From Burkholderiales bacterium (lineage in GTDB: Bacteria > Pseudomonadota > Gammaproteobacteria > Burkholderiales > Usitatibacteraceae), in contig JANRIX010000010.1 of the NCBI GenBank assembly GCA_033764435.1, positions 163,220 through 227,219 of the forward strand: a stretch of 64,000 bases of DNA, written 5' to 3'. The position numbers and the translations under genes were made by a program. Below the pieces are notes generated by a model. The model ran no database searches. It was not told the origin of the DNA and saw only the letters and a program-made list of their open reading frames with translations. Of this stretch, positions 17,050 to 26,116 are shown piece after piece; the first letter of the stretch is position 1, and each line of letters opens with the position of its first letter.

Positions 17050-19091
17050 AGATAAATGCGATTCGGGTCAAGATTTCGGCAACCGAAGGTGACTTTGGAT
17101 TTAATTTCCAGTTTGGTAAGAATCTGACAATCATTAGAGCCAACAACACAAGCGGTAAGAGCACTCTAATCAACTGCTTGCTATACGGCCTGGGCATGGA
17201 AGAGCTGATTGGGGGCAAGGGGGAAAGGACGCTCTCGTCCGCGGTCAAAGACGCGTTCGATCACGGCCAAAAGAAGATTCAGGTTCTTAGCTCTGAAGTA
17301 TGGCTTGAGATTGAAAACTCTCAAGGTGCAATAGTCACACTTCGGAGAGCCATCAAAGATAAATCCCGCGACTCAAAGCTAATCGAGATTTATCCCGTCG
17401 CATTTCTGACAGAGGGCGAAACGCCAATCACCTCAACTCCAACATATTTGCACGATCCCGGAAGCGCCAAGAACCAAGGGGGCTTCTATCATTACTTGGA
17501 ACAGTTCCTCCAACTCTCACTGCCGAGAGTACCCACAGTTTCTGGCTCCGAAACGAAGCTCTACATTCAATGCGTTTACACAGCTTGTGCTGTAGAACAA
17601 AAAAGAGGTTGGACTGACTACCTAGCAAACATGCCATTTTTTGGTATCAGAGATGCGAGAACCAGGGTTGTTGAATACATTTTGGGACTCGATGTATTTG
17701 AAACAAATTCTGAGAGAAATAGACTCAACCAAGAGTCAATTGAGATCGATAAGGACTGGAGATCATTGGTTGAGCAAATGAATTCGAAGGGGCTTCGAAT
17801 CGGCGCAAAGTTAGTCAACCTTCCAGCTACGCCGACAGTGTCGTTCGATCCCAATCTCGTGGCGTATGTCTTCCCACAGGGCCAAGCGACCATCACATTG
17901 TCAGAGCATCTCTCGGCGCTTCGATCGCGACACGCAAGTCTCGAGGCTCAAAGAGATCGATTCCGCTCGAACGCCAGCCAAGAATCCATACAAGCAGTCG
18001 ACTCCACAACAGAGGAGTTGAGCCAGCTGAATCTTTTTCACGGCCGCTCTCTTGCTTATGTCGAGCAACTAAAGATTTCACTCTCTCAGTATGGCGAGCA
18101 ACTGGAGGAGACAAACGAAGATCTGTCTAGGAATAAAACTGCCGGGAAGCTACAAGAGCTAGGTGCAAAATTCGAATTCAGCACCAGCTCCAACATCTGC
18201 CCAACTTGCGATCAACCGATCAATGAATCTCTGATACCAAAGGCAATCTCAGGACCGCAAATGGATCTTGCGTCGAACATTCGATATCTCGACAGTCAGA
18301 GGAAGATGCTCGAACGGCAGATTCTTGGAATACAACAGAGCTTAGCTGATGCCGAATCGAACACGAAGGCGTTTGAAGCTCAGATTCGGACCAAGACGCA
18401 GTTTCTTGCCAACCTAAGGGGAGACATTTCAACTGGAGCTGCAGAGTCTCGGGCTGTTGCCCGAGAGCAAGCCCAAATTGAACTTGAAATAGAAGCATTG
18501 GAGAGATTGGTTTCGGATCTCGCCCCGTCCTTAAATCGGATAAACGCACTAGCCCTGAAACTAAGAGAAAACCAAGCATTTCGCAACACTCTTCCTAAGT
18601 CGATCTACACGGAATCTGACGAAAGCAAGATTCGAATTTTTGAGAAGCAGTTTCGAGCAAATGCCGGCTCCTTTGGATACGAAAGCGCTCCAATCAATGA
18701 GATTGGCATTTCCTTTGAGAAACTTACTCCGAGTTGGGCAGACATCGAATTGCGCGAAGTGATTGACCGAGACATTCAAGCGGAATCAAGTGCCAGCGAT
18801 TTTATAAGATTGATCTGGAGCTACTTACTAGCACTTCACCAGACTTCGGCGCTGAGCGCGGTTGACGGTCGACATCTCGGCCAGCTAATTCTCGACGAGC
18901 CTGGACAGCACTCAATGGCTGCCCCGAGCCAGCACGCCCTACTTAAGCAATTAGCCGCTGAGAAAGAGCTTCAAAGCATTGTGTCAGCCTCGTTTGATGA
19001 GACCGAGGAGGTATTCCTGAAGGCAACCGCAGGCATTGCGTTTGAATTAATTCGCTGGGAGGGAAAGCTGATTCAACCACTCGATGCGTAA
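17046..19091 (+). CDS. SMC/Rad50-like ABC ATPase with coiled-coil and CxxC zinc-hook (LmuB-like)
   Basis: Walker A IIRANNTSGKST at the N-terminus. Long coiled-coil with ICPTCDQPINESLIP (CxxC hook) at its centre. C-terminal Walker B QLILDEPGQH. Confidence 0.7.
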   Translation: MKINAIRVKISATEGDFGFNFQFGKNLTIIRANNTSGKSTLINCLLYGLGMEELIGGKGERTLSSAVKDAFDHGQKKIQVLSSEVWLEIENSQGAIVTLRRAIKDKSRDSKLIEIYPVAFLTEGETPITSTPTYLHDPGSAKNQGGFYHYLEQFLQLSLPRVPTVSGSETKLYIQCVYTACAVEQKRGWTDYLANMPFFGIRDARTRVVEYILGLDVFETNSERNRLNQESIEIDKDWRSLVEQMNSKGLRIGAKLVNLPATPTVSFDPNLVAYVFPQGQATITLSEHLSALRSRHASLEAQRDRFRSNASQESIQAVDSTTEELSQLNLFHGRSLAYVEQLKISLSQYGEQLEETNEDLSRNKTAGKLQELGAKFEFSTSSNICPTCDQPINESLIPKAISGPQMDLASNIRYLDSQRKMLERQILGIQQSLADAESNTKAFEAQIRTKTQFLANLRGDISTGAAESRAVAREQAQIELEIEALERLVSDLAPSLNRINALALKLRENQAFRNTLPKSIYTESDESKIRIFEKQFRANAGSFGYESAPINEIGISFEKLTPSWADIELREVIDRDIQAESSASDFIRLIWSYLLALHQTSALSAVDGRHLGQLILDEPGQHSMAAPSQHALLKQLAAEKELQSIVSASFDETEEVFLKATAGIAFELIRWEGKLIQPLDA

Positions 19092-19097
19092 TTGCCT

Positions 19098-19826
19098 ATG
19101 CCGGTTTTTCGAGTAATTCTTGCTTCTCAACTCCGCCTCCTAACCTTCCGCGAATTCAAACCCAACCTGCGCGACCACTGGCGCGCGTATCTGGGCTGGG
19201 GGATGTTCTGGACGTGGGTGGCGGGCATGGGCCGGTATTGGGACAACCCCAAAGCCGAGTGGTGGCAGGCGCTGGGCCTGGGCTCGATCGCGTACATCTT
19301 CACGCTGGCGCTGGTGCTGTGGCTGATCATCCTACCGCTCAAGCCGAAAAACTGGACCTATCGCAACATCCTTATCTTCCTCTCGCTGACCTCGCTGCCG
19401 GCGGTGCTGTACGCGATCCCGGTGGAGCGCTTCATGCCGCTCGCCCAAGCGCAGGCGGCGAATGCGTGGTTCCTCGGCATCGTGGCGACGTGGCGGGTGC
19501 TGCTCTTGTGGTTCTTCATCCGCCGCGTGGCGCGGCTCTCCTGGCTGGACACGCTGGTGGCGTGCCTGCTGCCGCTCACGCTGATCGTCGTCGCGCTGAC
19601 GGCGCTGAACCTGGAGCACGTGGTGTTCAACATCATGGCGGGCAACACGCCTGAGCAGCAGTCCGGCAATGATCGGGCCTACGGGATTCTGTTTGTGATC
19701 ACGTTCTTTTCCATGATGCTCTCGCCGATTTTGGTGCTGGTCTATTTCGCGCGGGCAGGCATTCGGCTGCGGGAGGTGCGGGCGGAGCGGGATGCAGAAG
19801 AGGCTGGCCGACGCACGGGACAATAA
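19098..19826 (+). CDS. multi-pass membrane protein (6 predicted TM helices), hypothetical
   Basis: ATG 19098 lies 7 nt after the ATPase stop. GC returns to ~62%. Highly hydrophobic 243-aa product. Confidence 0.55.
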   Translation: MPVFRVILASQLRLLTFREFKPNLRDHWRAYLGWGMFWTWVAGMGRYWDNPKAEWWQALGLGSIAYIFTLALVLWLIILPLKPKNWTYRNILIFLSLTSLPAVLYAIPVERFMPLAQAQAANAWFLGIVATWRVLLLWFFIRRVARLSWLDTLVACLLPLTLIVVALTALNLEHVVFNIMAGNTPEQQSGNDRAYGILFVITFFSMMLSPILVLVYFARAGIRLREVRAERDAEEAGRRTGQ

Positions 19827-19884
19827 AGATGCGGTGAATTCATCATTGGTCTGAGAGTCGAAAGGCAGGCCAACCTTCCATGGG

Positions 19885-20724
19885 GTGACCAGATTGGGAT
19901 ATCAACGATGCAGCTTTGGGCTATTCGCAGGCGGATTGTTGGCCTCACTCTTTGTCGCAGCGCAAGAGTGCAGGCCGATTGAGAACCTGGAGAAGGTGGC
20001 TGACAAGAGATTGATCTTTGTTGGCGAGCTTCACGGCACAAAAGAATCCCCGCAATTCGTTTCCGACCTGACGTGCGGTTTGCTGCACATGAAGAAGCAG
20101 GTTGTTCTTGCAGTTGAGATGTCGAGTGACTTTCAGCCAGATTTGCAGTCAGCTATCAACGCGCCATCGGAACAGCAAGCTCTTGCCGAACTGGAGAAGC
20201 TTCGCTTTTGGGATGCGACGATGCAGGACGGGAAGCGCAGCTTGGCCTACATGAAACTGTTGAGGACGGCTTGGAGCTGGAAGCGGCAATTCCCTGACTT
20301 CGATGTTGCGGCAATCGATCTCTCGGGGTCCAGTTTCCCGTCTGCCAGAGCTGAGTTCATGGCAGGTGAGATCAGAAAGATTCTGAATCGCGACAGGCAG
20401 GTGGTGGTTGTCGCTTTTACTGGAAACATTCATGCTCGCAGACAGAAGGGAACACCCTGGAACAAGGCGTTTGTCCCAGCCGCCTCTCTGCTCAACGATG
20501 TTGAAATGGTCTCGCTGAATATGGACTACACGGCAGGGACAGCTTGGAACTGCGGGGGGCGCGGCTGCGGCATCAATCCAGTTTCCGACTTGCCAGTGAC
20601 TGGCAAGTCAACGAAGCCAAGCATTCAGATCAGTCAAGCGGACCCCTACTACGACGGCGTTTATCAACTCGGTGAAGTATCCGCCTCACCGCCTGTTCGA
20701 CAATCCCCAACAGCGAGTAAGTGA
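19885..20724 (+). CDS. hypothetical secreted protein (possible TraB/Tiki/ChaN-like fold)
   Basis: N-terminal signal (FGLFAGGLLASLFVAAQ); LIFVGELHGTKESPQF block; ~50% GC. Confidence 0.5.
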   Translation: MTRLGYQRCSFGLFAGGLLASLFVAAQECRPIENLEKVADKRLIFVGELHGTKESPQFVSDLTCGLLHMKKQVVLAVEMSSDFQPDLQSAINAPSEQQALAELEKLRFWDATMQDGKRSLAYMKLLRTAWSWKRQFPDFDVAAIDLSGSSFPSARAEFMAGEIRKILNRDRQVVVVAFTGNIHARRQKGTPWNKAFVPAASLLNDVEMVSLNMDYTAGTAWNCGGRGCGINPVSDLPVTGKSTKPSIQISQADPYYDGVYQLGEVSASPPVRQSPTASK

Positions 20725-20788
20725 GCTTGTCAGTTGGGCGTTTATTCAATTAGGGCGGGCTTAATCGTTTCGGCTGGTTTCGTGCACT

Positions 20789-20982
20789 CCGAATATTCGC
20801 AGTGCACGTTTGAGACGAACTTGGGCCCCGGCCCGTCATTCCCGCGAAGGCGGGAACGGGGCGACGGGGATGCGATTGCCATTGCGACTAAGTGGAGTCC
20901 GGGTGACTTCGATTGGACGCTGCAGGCGGTCCCGCAGGGATTCAGCAGTCGCCCCAAGCGACTGGTTAACAATATTCGCACT
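20789..20982. repeat. composite repeat element bounded by degenerate GCGAATATTCGC-like ends and containing a REP-like hairpin (20839-20856 ttcccgcgaaggcgggaa)
   Basis: Left end ccgaatattcgcagtgca (11/12); right end aacaatattcgcactgca (9/12); internal hairpin shared with the elements at 22283 and 33284. Confidence 0.5.
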
Positions 20983-21032
20983 GCAAGCGGGGCGCTGAAT
21001 CCCGGCTACGACATCGCAAGATCTTCGGCTCC

Positions 21033-21066
21033 AAAAAAATCGGCCGGCCCACTCAGTGGCCGGCCG
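21033..21066 (-). terminator. rho-independent terminator (minus strand)
   Basis: 8-bp GC stem ggccggcc/ggccggcc with loop cactcagt, followed on the minus strand by T7; lies just downstream of the small ORF 21140-21268. Confidence 0.5.
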
Positions 21067-21139
21067 CAATTCCCGTGTATCTGCTGCGGTGCTGCGGTTG
21101 CTGCGGTGCTTCCAAGTGATGGGGTGGCGGTGCGGGCGG

Positions 21140-21268
21140 TCAGGCGAGCACCGGAATGCTGGCGAGCGCGATGCCCGCGACGGCGATGATGACCGCGATG
21201 GCGGTCAGGATGATGCGGCGAACCGGGCCGGGGCGCGGTCGCTCGGGTGTGGCGCTGACGACGTACAT
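21140..21268 (-). CDS. small hydrophobic peptide (42 aa), hypothetical
   Basis: MYVVSATPERPRPGPVRRIILTAIAVIIAVAGIALASIPVLA with RBS aggaaagg and the terminator above; below ORF-track size cutoff. Confidence 0.3.
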   Translation of the reverse strand: MYVVSATPERPRPGPVRRIILTAIAVIIAVAGIALASIPVLA

Positions 21269-21530
21269 GAATGCCTTTCCTCGTGGTGACTGCGCTTGTT
21301 GCGATGATTACGTAGAGCCGCAACAGGCGCAGGCGAATCCTTGCAGATTTCATACGATTTGAAACCTACCAACCTTGATAGGTTTGGCGGATTTTTTCGA
21401 TGTTTCGACAGATAACCACGCAAATCCCGCATCGCGGGCGAGGGTTTGCGGAAGAATTGTGCCGGGCGTTGGTTACACTTTCGTTGTTCTGGCATTCGTT
21501 CAGCTTGCACGGTGCTTGCACTCGGGCCCG

Positions 21531-21580
21531 TTCATGCTTCGACACCTCAGCACGAACGGGAAGGGGGTTGGGGTGAATGC
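21531..21580. repeat. intergenic repeat family 2 (cttcgaYacctcagSacgaacggg), copy 1
   Basis: ~85% identical over ~40 bp to 31291-31340. Confidence 0.4.
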
Positions 21581-21670
21581 CTGGAATGCCTGGTTCGTTT
21601 CGCGCCGGCATGCATGCTTTTCTCATCAGCAAAAAATACAGCTGGCGCACTCGCGCCACATCCATACATC

Positions 21671-22198
21671 ATGAGCACGCTGAAATTCCGCCCCGCCACC
21701 GCCGCTGATGTTCCCGCCATCACGGCGCTGACCAACCTTGCCTATGCGGGCAACAATTCGGGAAAAGCCTGGACACACGAGGGCACGCTCTTCGACGAGG
21801 CGCGGACGAACGACGCGGAAATCGCCGGTCAACTCGCGGCACCGGGCGCGATGTTCCTGCTGGGCTTCGAGGGGGATCGTCTCGTCGCGAGCGCGCTGCT
21901 CAAGTTCAGTGACGCAGAGGGCTATCTCGGCATGCTGTCCGTGCACCCCGAGGCGCAGGCGGGCGGTGTGGGCAAGCAGATGCTGGCGGAGGCGGAGCGC
22001 ATGGCTATCGAGCGTGGCTGCATCAAGATGACGATGATGGTGATCGCCACGCATCGGCCGGAGCTGGTGAGCTATTACCAGCGGCGCGGTTATGTACTCA
22101 CTGGACGCTACGGACAGTTCTCGCGGCCGGCGGTGAAGGCTTATGCGGAAGAGATCGGGATGCGGCTGGAGTGGATGGAGAAGACATTGAGGTCGTAA
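21671..22198 (+). CDS. GNAT family N-acetyltransferase
   Basis: 175 aa; acetyl-CoA-binding block QAGGVGKQMLAEAERMAIERGC. Start at M76 of ORF 21446..22198. Confidence 0.85.
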   Translation: MSTLKFRPATAADVPAITALTNLAYAGNNSGKAWTHEGTLFDEARTNDAEIAGQLAAPGAMFLLGFEGDRLVASALLKFSDAEGYLGMLSVHPEAQAGGVGKQMLAEAERMAIERGCIKMTMMVIATHRPELVSYYQRRGYVLTGRYGQFSRPAVKAYAEEIGMRLEWMEKTLRS

Positions 22199-22249
22199 CG
22201 GAGTCGCCCTTTTTTAAGAAAGGGAGAAGTGCACAGGTCATCCTAGTTT

Positions 22250-22396
22250 GCAAATATTCGCACTGCCTACACAAATTGCTCCGTCGTTCCCGCGCAGGCG
22301 GGAACCTAAGTTGGTGGGAACAACTTGCTGAACTTGGGTTCCCGCCTGCGCGGGAACGACGAAGTCGGAGGCGGTTTCGCGGCTGCGAATATTCGC
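22250..22396. repeat. palindromic REP/MITE-like element (core 22283-22361) flanked by GCGAATATTCGC copies
   Basis: Left arm cgtcgttcccgcgcaggcgggaacctaagtt and right arm aacttgggttcccgcctgcgcgggaacgacg are reverse complements (1 mismatch). Each arm is itself a hairpin. Flanked by gcaaatattcgc (22250, 11/12) and gcgaatattcgc (22385). Confidence 0.6.
22385..22396. repeat. GCGAATATTCGC palindrome copy (perfect)
   Basis: 12/12, extended TGCGAATATTCGCA; intergenic, right end of the REP-like element. Confidence 0.95.
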
Positions 22397-22577
22397 ATTG
22401 CGAAAGTATTCACATCTCCCAATCCTCGGGGTGTTCCCGCAATCGCCATAGTGGCCGTAGCAATTTCGCTACATCAGCAATGACGATTGATCTGTACCGT
22501 TGACAGCCGCACCGGGCGGCTTGAATACTGCGATCACTTTCCCACCGCACGCACCCGACTCATCGGGGCACACAATC

Positions 22578-25500
22578 ATGACCCGCACACGTTCCGTCGC
22601 GGCCGCGCTGGCCGCGTTGCTGTTTGTTGCTTCCATTCACTCGCTGGCGCAGGATGCACCGAAAGACGCCGCTAAGCCGACAGGCGCTGACACTATACCG
22701 GCAGGCGCCGACACCAAACCGGCCACGCCCGAGAAAAAGAAATGGGACGTGAACAACCCGCCCGGCGAGAAGGCCACCGTGAAGCTGGACACGCGCACGG
22801 GCACGTGGATGACCGTGGACGTAAGCCCGGATGGCAAGCGCATCGTGTTCGATCTCCTGGGTGATCTCTATCTCCTGCCCATCGAAGGCGGTGACGCGAA
22901 GCCGCTCACCTCCACCATCGCGTGGGAGATGCAGGCGCGGTTCTCTCCGGACGGCAGGCGCATCACCTACATGTCCGACGCGGGTGGCGGGGACAACGTG
23001 TGGGTGATGGATGTTGAAGGAAGCGCGGTTGGCAAAAACGCACGTGAAGTGTCGAAAGAACCGTTCCGCCTGATGAACAACCCGGTGTGGCATCCCAACG
23101 GCCAGTACATCGCGGCGCGCAAGCACTACACCGGCACGCGCTCGGCGGGCTCGGGCGAGATCTGGCTCTTCCATGTGAGCGGCGCGGCCGATGGCGGCGG
23201 CGTGCAGCTGAACGAGAAGCCGAACTGGCAGAAGGATCTGGGCGAGCCGGCGTTCTCGCCGGACGGCCGCTATCTCTACTACTCGCAGGACACGACACCC
23301 GGCACGACATTCGAATACAACAAGGATTCGAACAAGCAGATCTATGTCATCCAGCGGCGCGATCTGGAGCGCGGCAAGACGGAGGTGTTCGTGAGCGGCC
23401 CCGGCGGCGCGGTGCGGCCCACACCTTCGCCCGACGGCAAGTGGCTGGCGTTTGTGCGCCGCGTGCGCGAGCAGACGACGCTCTTCCTGAAGAACCTCTC
23501 CACGGGTGAAGAGAAGCCGGTGTGGAGCGGGCTGGAGCGCGACATGCAGGAGGCGTGGGCCATGCACGGCGTGTATCCCGCGTTTGCGTGGATGCCGGGC
23601 TCGAAGGAAATCGTGGTGTGGGCGCAGGGTCGCATCTGGCGGCTGGATCTTTTCAGCGGCGCGGACGGCAAGGCGAAAGCGAAGGAGATTCCCTTCCGCG
23701 TGCAGCATGAGCGCGAGGTGCGCGTGCCGGTCCGCTTCGAGCAGACGGTGGCGCCGGACACGTTCAATGTGCATCAGCTGCGCTGGGTGAATGTGAGCCC
23801 GGCGGGCGACAAGGTGGTCTACTCCGCGCTGGGGCAGTTGTATGTGAAACCACTCGGCTCGCAAGGCGAAGCCAAGCGACTCACCACGCAGAACGAGCAT
23901 TTCGAATTCTTCCCGCGCTTCTCGCGCGATGGCAGCAAGGTCGTGTTCGCCACCTGGAATGACCAGGCGCTAGGCAGTGTCCGCGTGCTGGACCTGAAGA
24001 CCAACAAGGAAACAGTGGTCACGCGTGCGCCGGGCAAGTATCTGCAGCCGGTGTTCTCGCCGGACGGCACGAAGGTGCTGTACGTGAAGCAACGCGGCGG
24101 TTTCCTGACGTCACCCTGGCACGGCATCGAGAACGGCGTGTACGTGGTGTCGGCAGATGGCAAGGGAACGCCGAAGCTCTTGACCGAGGATGGCCTCTGG
24201 CCGCAATTCGGCAACTCGAATGAGCACTTCTATCTCACCCGCACGCGCATGACCAACGAAGTGGACCGCGAGGCCACCCTGGTGCGGCTGAAGCTGGACA
24301 TGTCTGAAGAGCCGCAGGTCATCGCCAAGGGCGACCAGACCTCCGACTTCGCCATCGCGCCCAATGGCGAGTGGCTCGGGTTTCGCGAACGCTATCGCAC
24401 GTATGTGATGCCGCTGCCGCTCGCCGGCCGCGCAGTCACCATCGGACCGAAGGCAAAGACGCTCCCGCTGAAGGGGCTGGACGTGAACGCGGGCGACTGG
24501 CTGCACTGGTCGGGCGATTCGTCGGCGGTGCATTTCGCGCTGGGCGATGAACTCTTCACCCGGCCGCTGAAGGACTCGTTCGACTGGCTGCCGGACTCGC
24601 CAAAGCCCTCGCCGAAGCTCTCGGAGAACGGCGTGAAGATCGGCTTCACCGCGAAGACCGATGCGCCGACGGCGACGGTGGTGATCTCGGGTGCCCGCAT
24701 CGTGACCATGAAAGGTGATGAAGTCATCGAGAACGGCCGCATCGTGGTGAAGGGATCGCGAATATTCGCAGTGGGCCGCGCGGCTGACATCGCGGTGCCG
24801 CCGGGTGCCACGCTGATCGACGCCACCGGCAAGACCATCATCCCCGGACTCATCGACGCGCACTGGCACGGCGGCATGAGCGAGGCCGGCATCATCCCGC
24901 AGCAGAGCTGGATCAACTACGCCTCGCTCGCGTTCGGCGTGACGGCGATGCACGACCCGTCCAACGACACGCCCAGCATCTTCACCCAGGCCGAGCTGCA
25001 GCGCGCGGGCAAGGTGGTGGGGCCGCGCATCTACTCGACGGGCCAGGTGATGTATGGCGCGAAGAGCCCGGGCACGGCGGAGATCAACAGTCTCGACGAC
25101 GCGCTCACACATCTCAAACGCTTGAAGGCGGCCGGCGCCATCTCGGTGAAAAGCTACAACCAGCCGCGCCGCGACCAGCGCCAGCAGGTGCTGGAGGCCG
25201 CTCGCCAGACGCGCATGATGGTGACGCCGGAAGGTGGCTCGCTCTTCCAGCACAACATGACCATGCTGATCGACGGCCACACCACGCTGGAACACGCGAT
25301 CCCGGTGGTGAAGTCGTATGACGACGTGAAGCAGCTCTGGACGCAGGCACGCGTGGCCTACACGCCCACCCTCGGCGTGGCCTACGGCGGGCTGGACGGC
25401 GAACACTACTGGTATGCGCGCACCGATGTCTGGCGCCACCCGCTGCTGAGCAAATACGTGCCGAAGACGACGCTGTGGAACCGCGCCGTGCGCCGCCCCA

Positions 25501-26027
25501 CCGCGCCGGAGGAAGATTTCAACGTGCTCAAGGTGGCCGCCAACGCGGTGGACCTGCAGCGCGGCGGCGTGCTGGTGAATATCGGCGCGCACGGCCAGCG
25601 CGAGGGCCTCGCCGCGCACTGGGAAATGTGGACGCTGGGCAAGGGCGGCGCAACACCTCTGGAAGCCATCCGCGCCGCGACCCTGAACCCGGCGCGCTCG
25701 CTCGGCATGGAGAAGGACATCGGCTCGATCGAGCCGGGCAAGCTAGCCGACCTCGTCATCATCGCGGGTGATGTGCTGAAGGACATCGAGCAATCCGACC
25801 GCATCACCCACGTGATGCAGAACGGGCGGGTGTATGACGTGGCGACGATGAATGAAGTGGGTGCCACGCCGAAGACGCGTAAGCCCTTCTTTTTCGAGCA
25901 GGCGTTTGCGTCAGCCGGGCGGAGCGCGCAGGGGCATACGCAGCTGCAAGCACAAGTCCACGCGCAGATTCCCGGACTGTCGGTGGATGACGGCTCGACG
26001 TTCCACGAGGGGTGCGGCTGCCATTGA
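22578..26027 (+). CDS. secreted TolB-like beta-propeller / amidohydrolase-family protein
   Basis: Signal peptide MTRTRSVAAALAALLFVASIHSLAQ. PD40/WD40-like repeats (DVSPDGKRIVFD, ARFSPDGRRITYMSD...). C-terminal amidohydrolase metal-binding motif IIPGLIDAHWHG. Confidence 0.85.
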   Translation: MTRTRSVAAALAALLFVASIHSLAQDAPKDAAKPTGADTIPAGADTKPATPEKKKWDVNNPPGEKATVKLDTRTGTWMTVDVSPDGKRIVFDLLGDLYLLPIEGGDAKPLTSTIAWEMQARFSPDGRRITYMSDAGGGDNVWVMDVEGSAVGKNAREVSKEPFRLMNNPVWHPNGQYIAARKHYTGTRSAGSGEIWLFHVSGAADGGGVQLNEKPNWQKDLGEPAFSPDGRYLYYSQDTTPGTTFEYNKDSNKQIYVIQRRDLERGKTEVFVSGPGGAVRPTPSPDGKWLAFVRRVREQTTLFLKNLSTGEEKPVWSGLERDMQEAWAMHGVYPAFAWMPGSKEIVVWAQGRIWRLDLFSGADGKAKAKEIPFRVQHEREVRVPVRFEQTVAPDTFNVHQLRWVNVSPAGDKVVYSALGQLYVKPLGSQGEAKRLTTQNEHFEFFPRFSRDGSKVVFATWNDQALGSVRVLDLKTNKETVVTRAPGKYLQPVFSPDGTKVLYVKQRGGFLTSPWHGIENGVYVVSADGKGTPKLLTEDGLWPQFGNSNEHFYLTRTRMTNEVDREATLVRLKLDMSEEPQVIAKGDQTSDFAIAPNGEWLGFRERYRTYVMPLPLAGRAVTIGPKAKTLPLKGLDVNAGDWLHWSGDSSAVHFALGDELFTRPLKDSFDWLPDSPKPSPKLSENGVKIGFTAKTDAPTATVVISGARIVTMKGDEVIENGRIVVKGSRIFAVGRAADIAVPPGATLIDATGKTIIPGLIDAHWHGGMSEAGIIPQQSWINYASLAFGVTAMHDPSNDTPSIFTQAELQRAGKVVGPRIYSTGQVMYGAKSPGTAEINSLDDALTHLKRLKAAGAISVKSYNQPRRDQRQQVLEAARQTRMMVTPEGGSLFQHNMTMLIDGHTTLEHAIPVVKSYDDVKQLWTQARVAYTPTLGVAYGGLDGEHYWYARTDVWRHPLLSKYVPKTTLWNRAVRRPTAPEEDFNVLKVAANAVDLQRGGVLVNIGAHGQREGLAAHWEMWTLGKGGATPLEAIRAATLNPARSLGMEKDIGSIEPGKLADLVIIAGDVLKDIEQSDRITHVMQNGRVYDVATMNEVGATPKTRKPFFFEQAFASAGRSAQGHTQLQAQVHAQIPGLSVDDGSTFHEGCGCH
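24758..24769. repeat. GCGAATATTCGC palindrome copy (perfect)
   Basis: 12/12; inside the TolB/amidohydrolase gene, reads RIFA (rare-codon frame; frame checked). Confidence 0.95.
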
Positions 26028-26028
26028 G

Positions 26029-26112
26029 TCTGCCACTGAGGCAGCCACTGGGGCTGCCACTGGGTCTTCCACCGGGTCTTCCACTTAGGCAGCCGCCGCG
26101 GCCGCCGCCGCG
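26029..26112. repeat. 7 x 12-bp tandem repeat (consensus gcWgccaCtggg) between convergent genes
   Basis: Units tctgccactgag, gcagccactggg, gctgccactggg, tcttccaccggg, tcttccacttag, gcagccgccgcg, gccgccgccgcg. Starts 2 nt after the peptidase stop and ends 5 nt before the kinase stop. Confidence 0.8.
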
Positions 26113-26116
26113 CGGA

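Noticed and set aside
8460-20790. Integrase, transposase or relaxase marking the islands as a classical mobile element
   Set aside because: No such gene was found in any frame; mobility is inferred only from repeats, remnant and composition, so no mobile_element feature was called.
20734-21189. ORFs 20734-21189(+), 22171-22503(+), 33103-33411(+) containing EYS/RIFA peptides
   Set aside because: They span the REP-like palindromic elements and the iterated palindrome in intergenic DNA. Their peptides are translations of repeats, not genes.
26029-26112. Possible CRISPR array
   Set aside because: The 12-bp units are directly tandem without spacers, there are only 7 of them, and no cas genes are nearby. 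No CRISPR array is present in the window.
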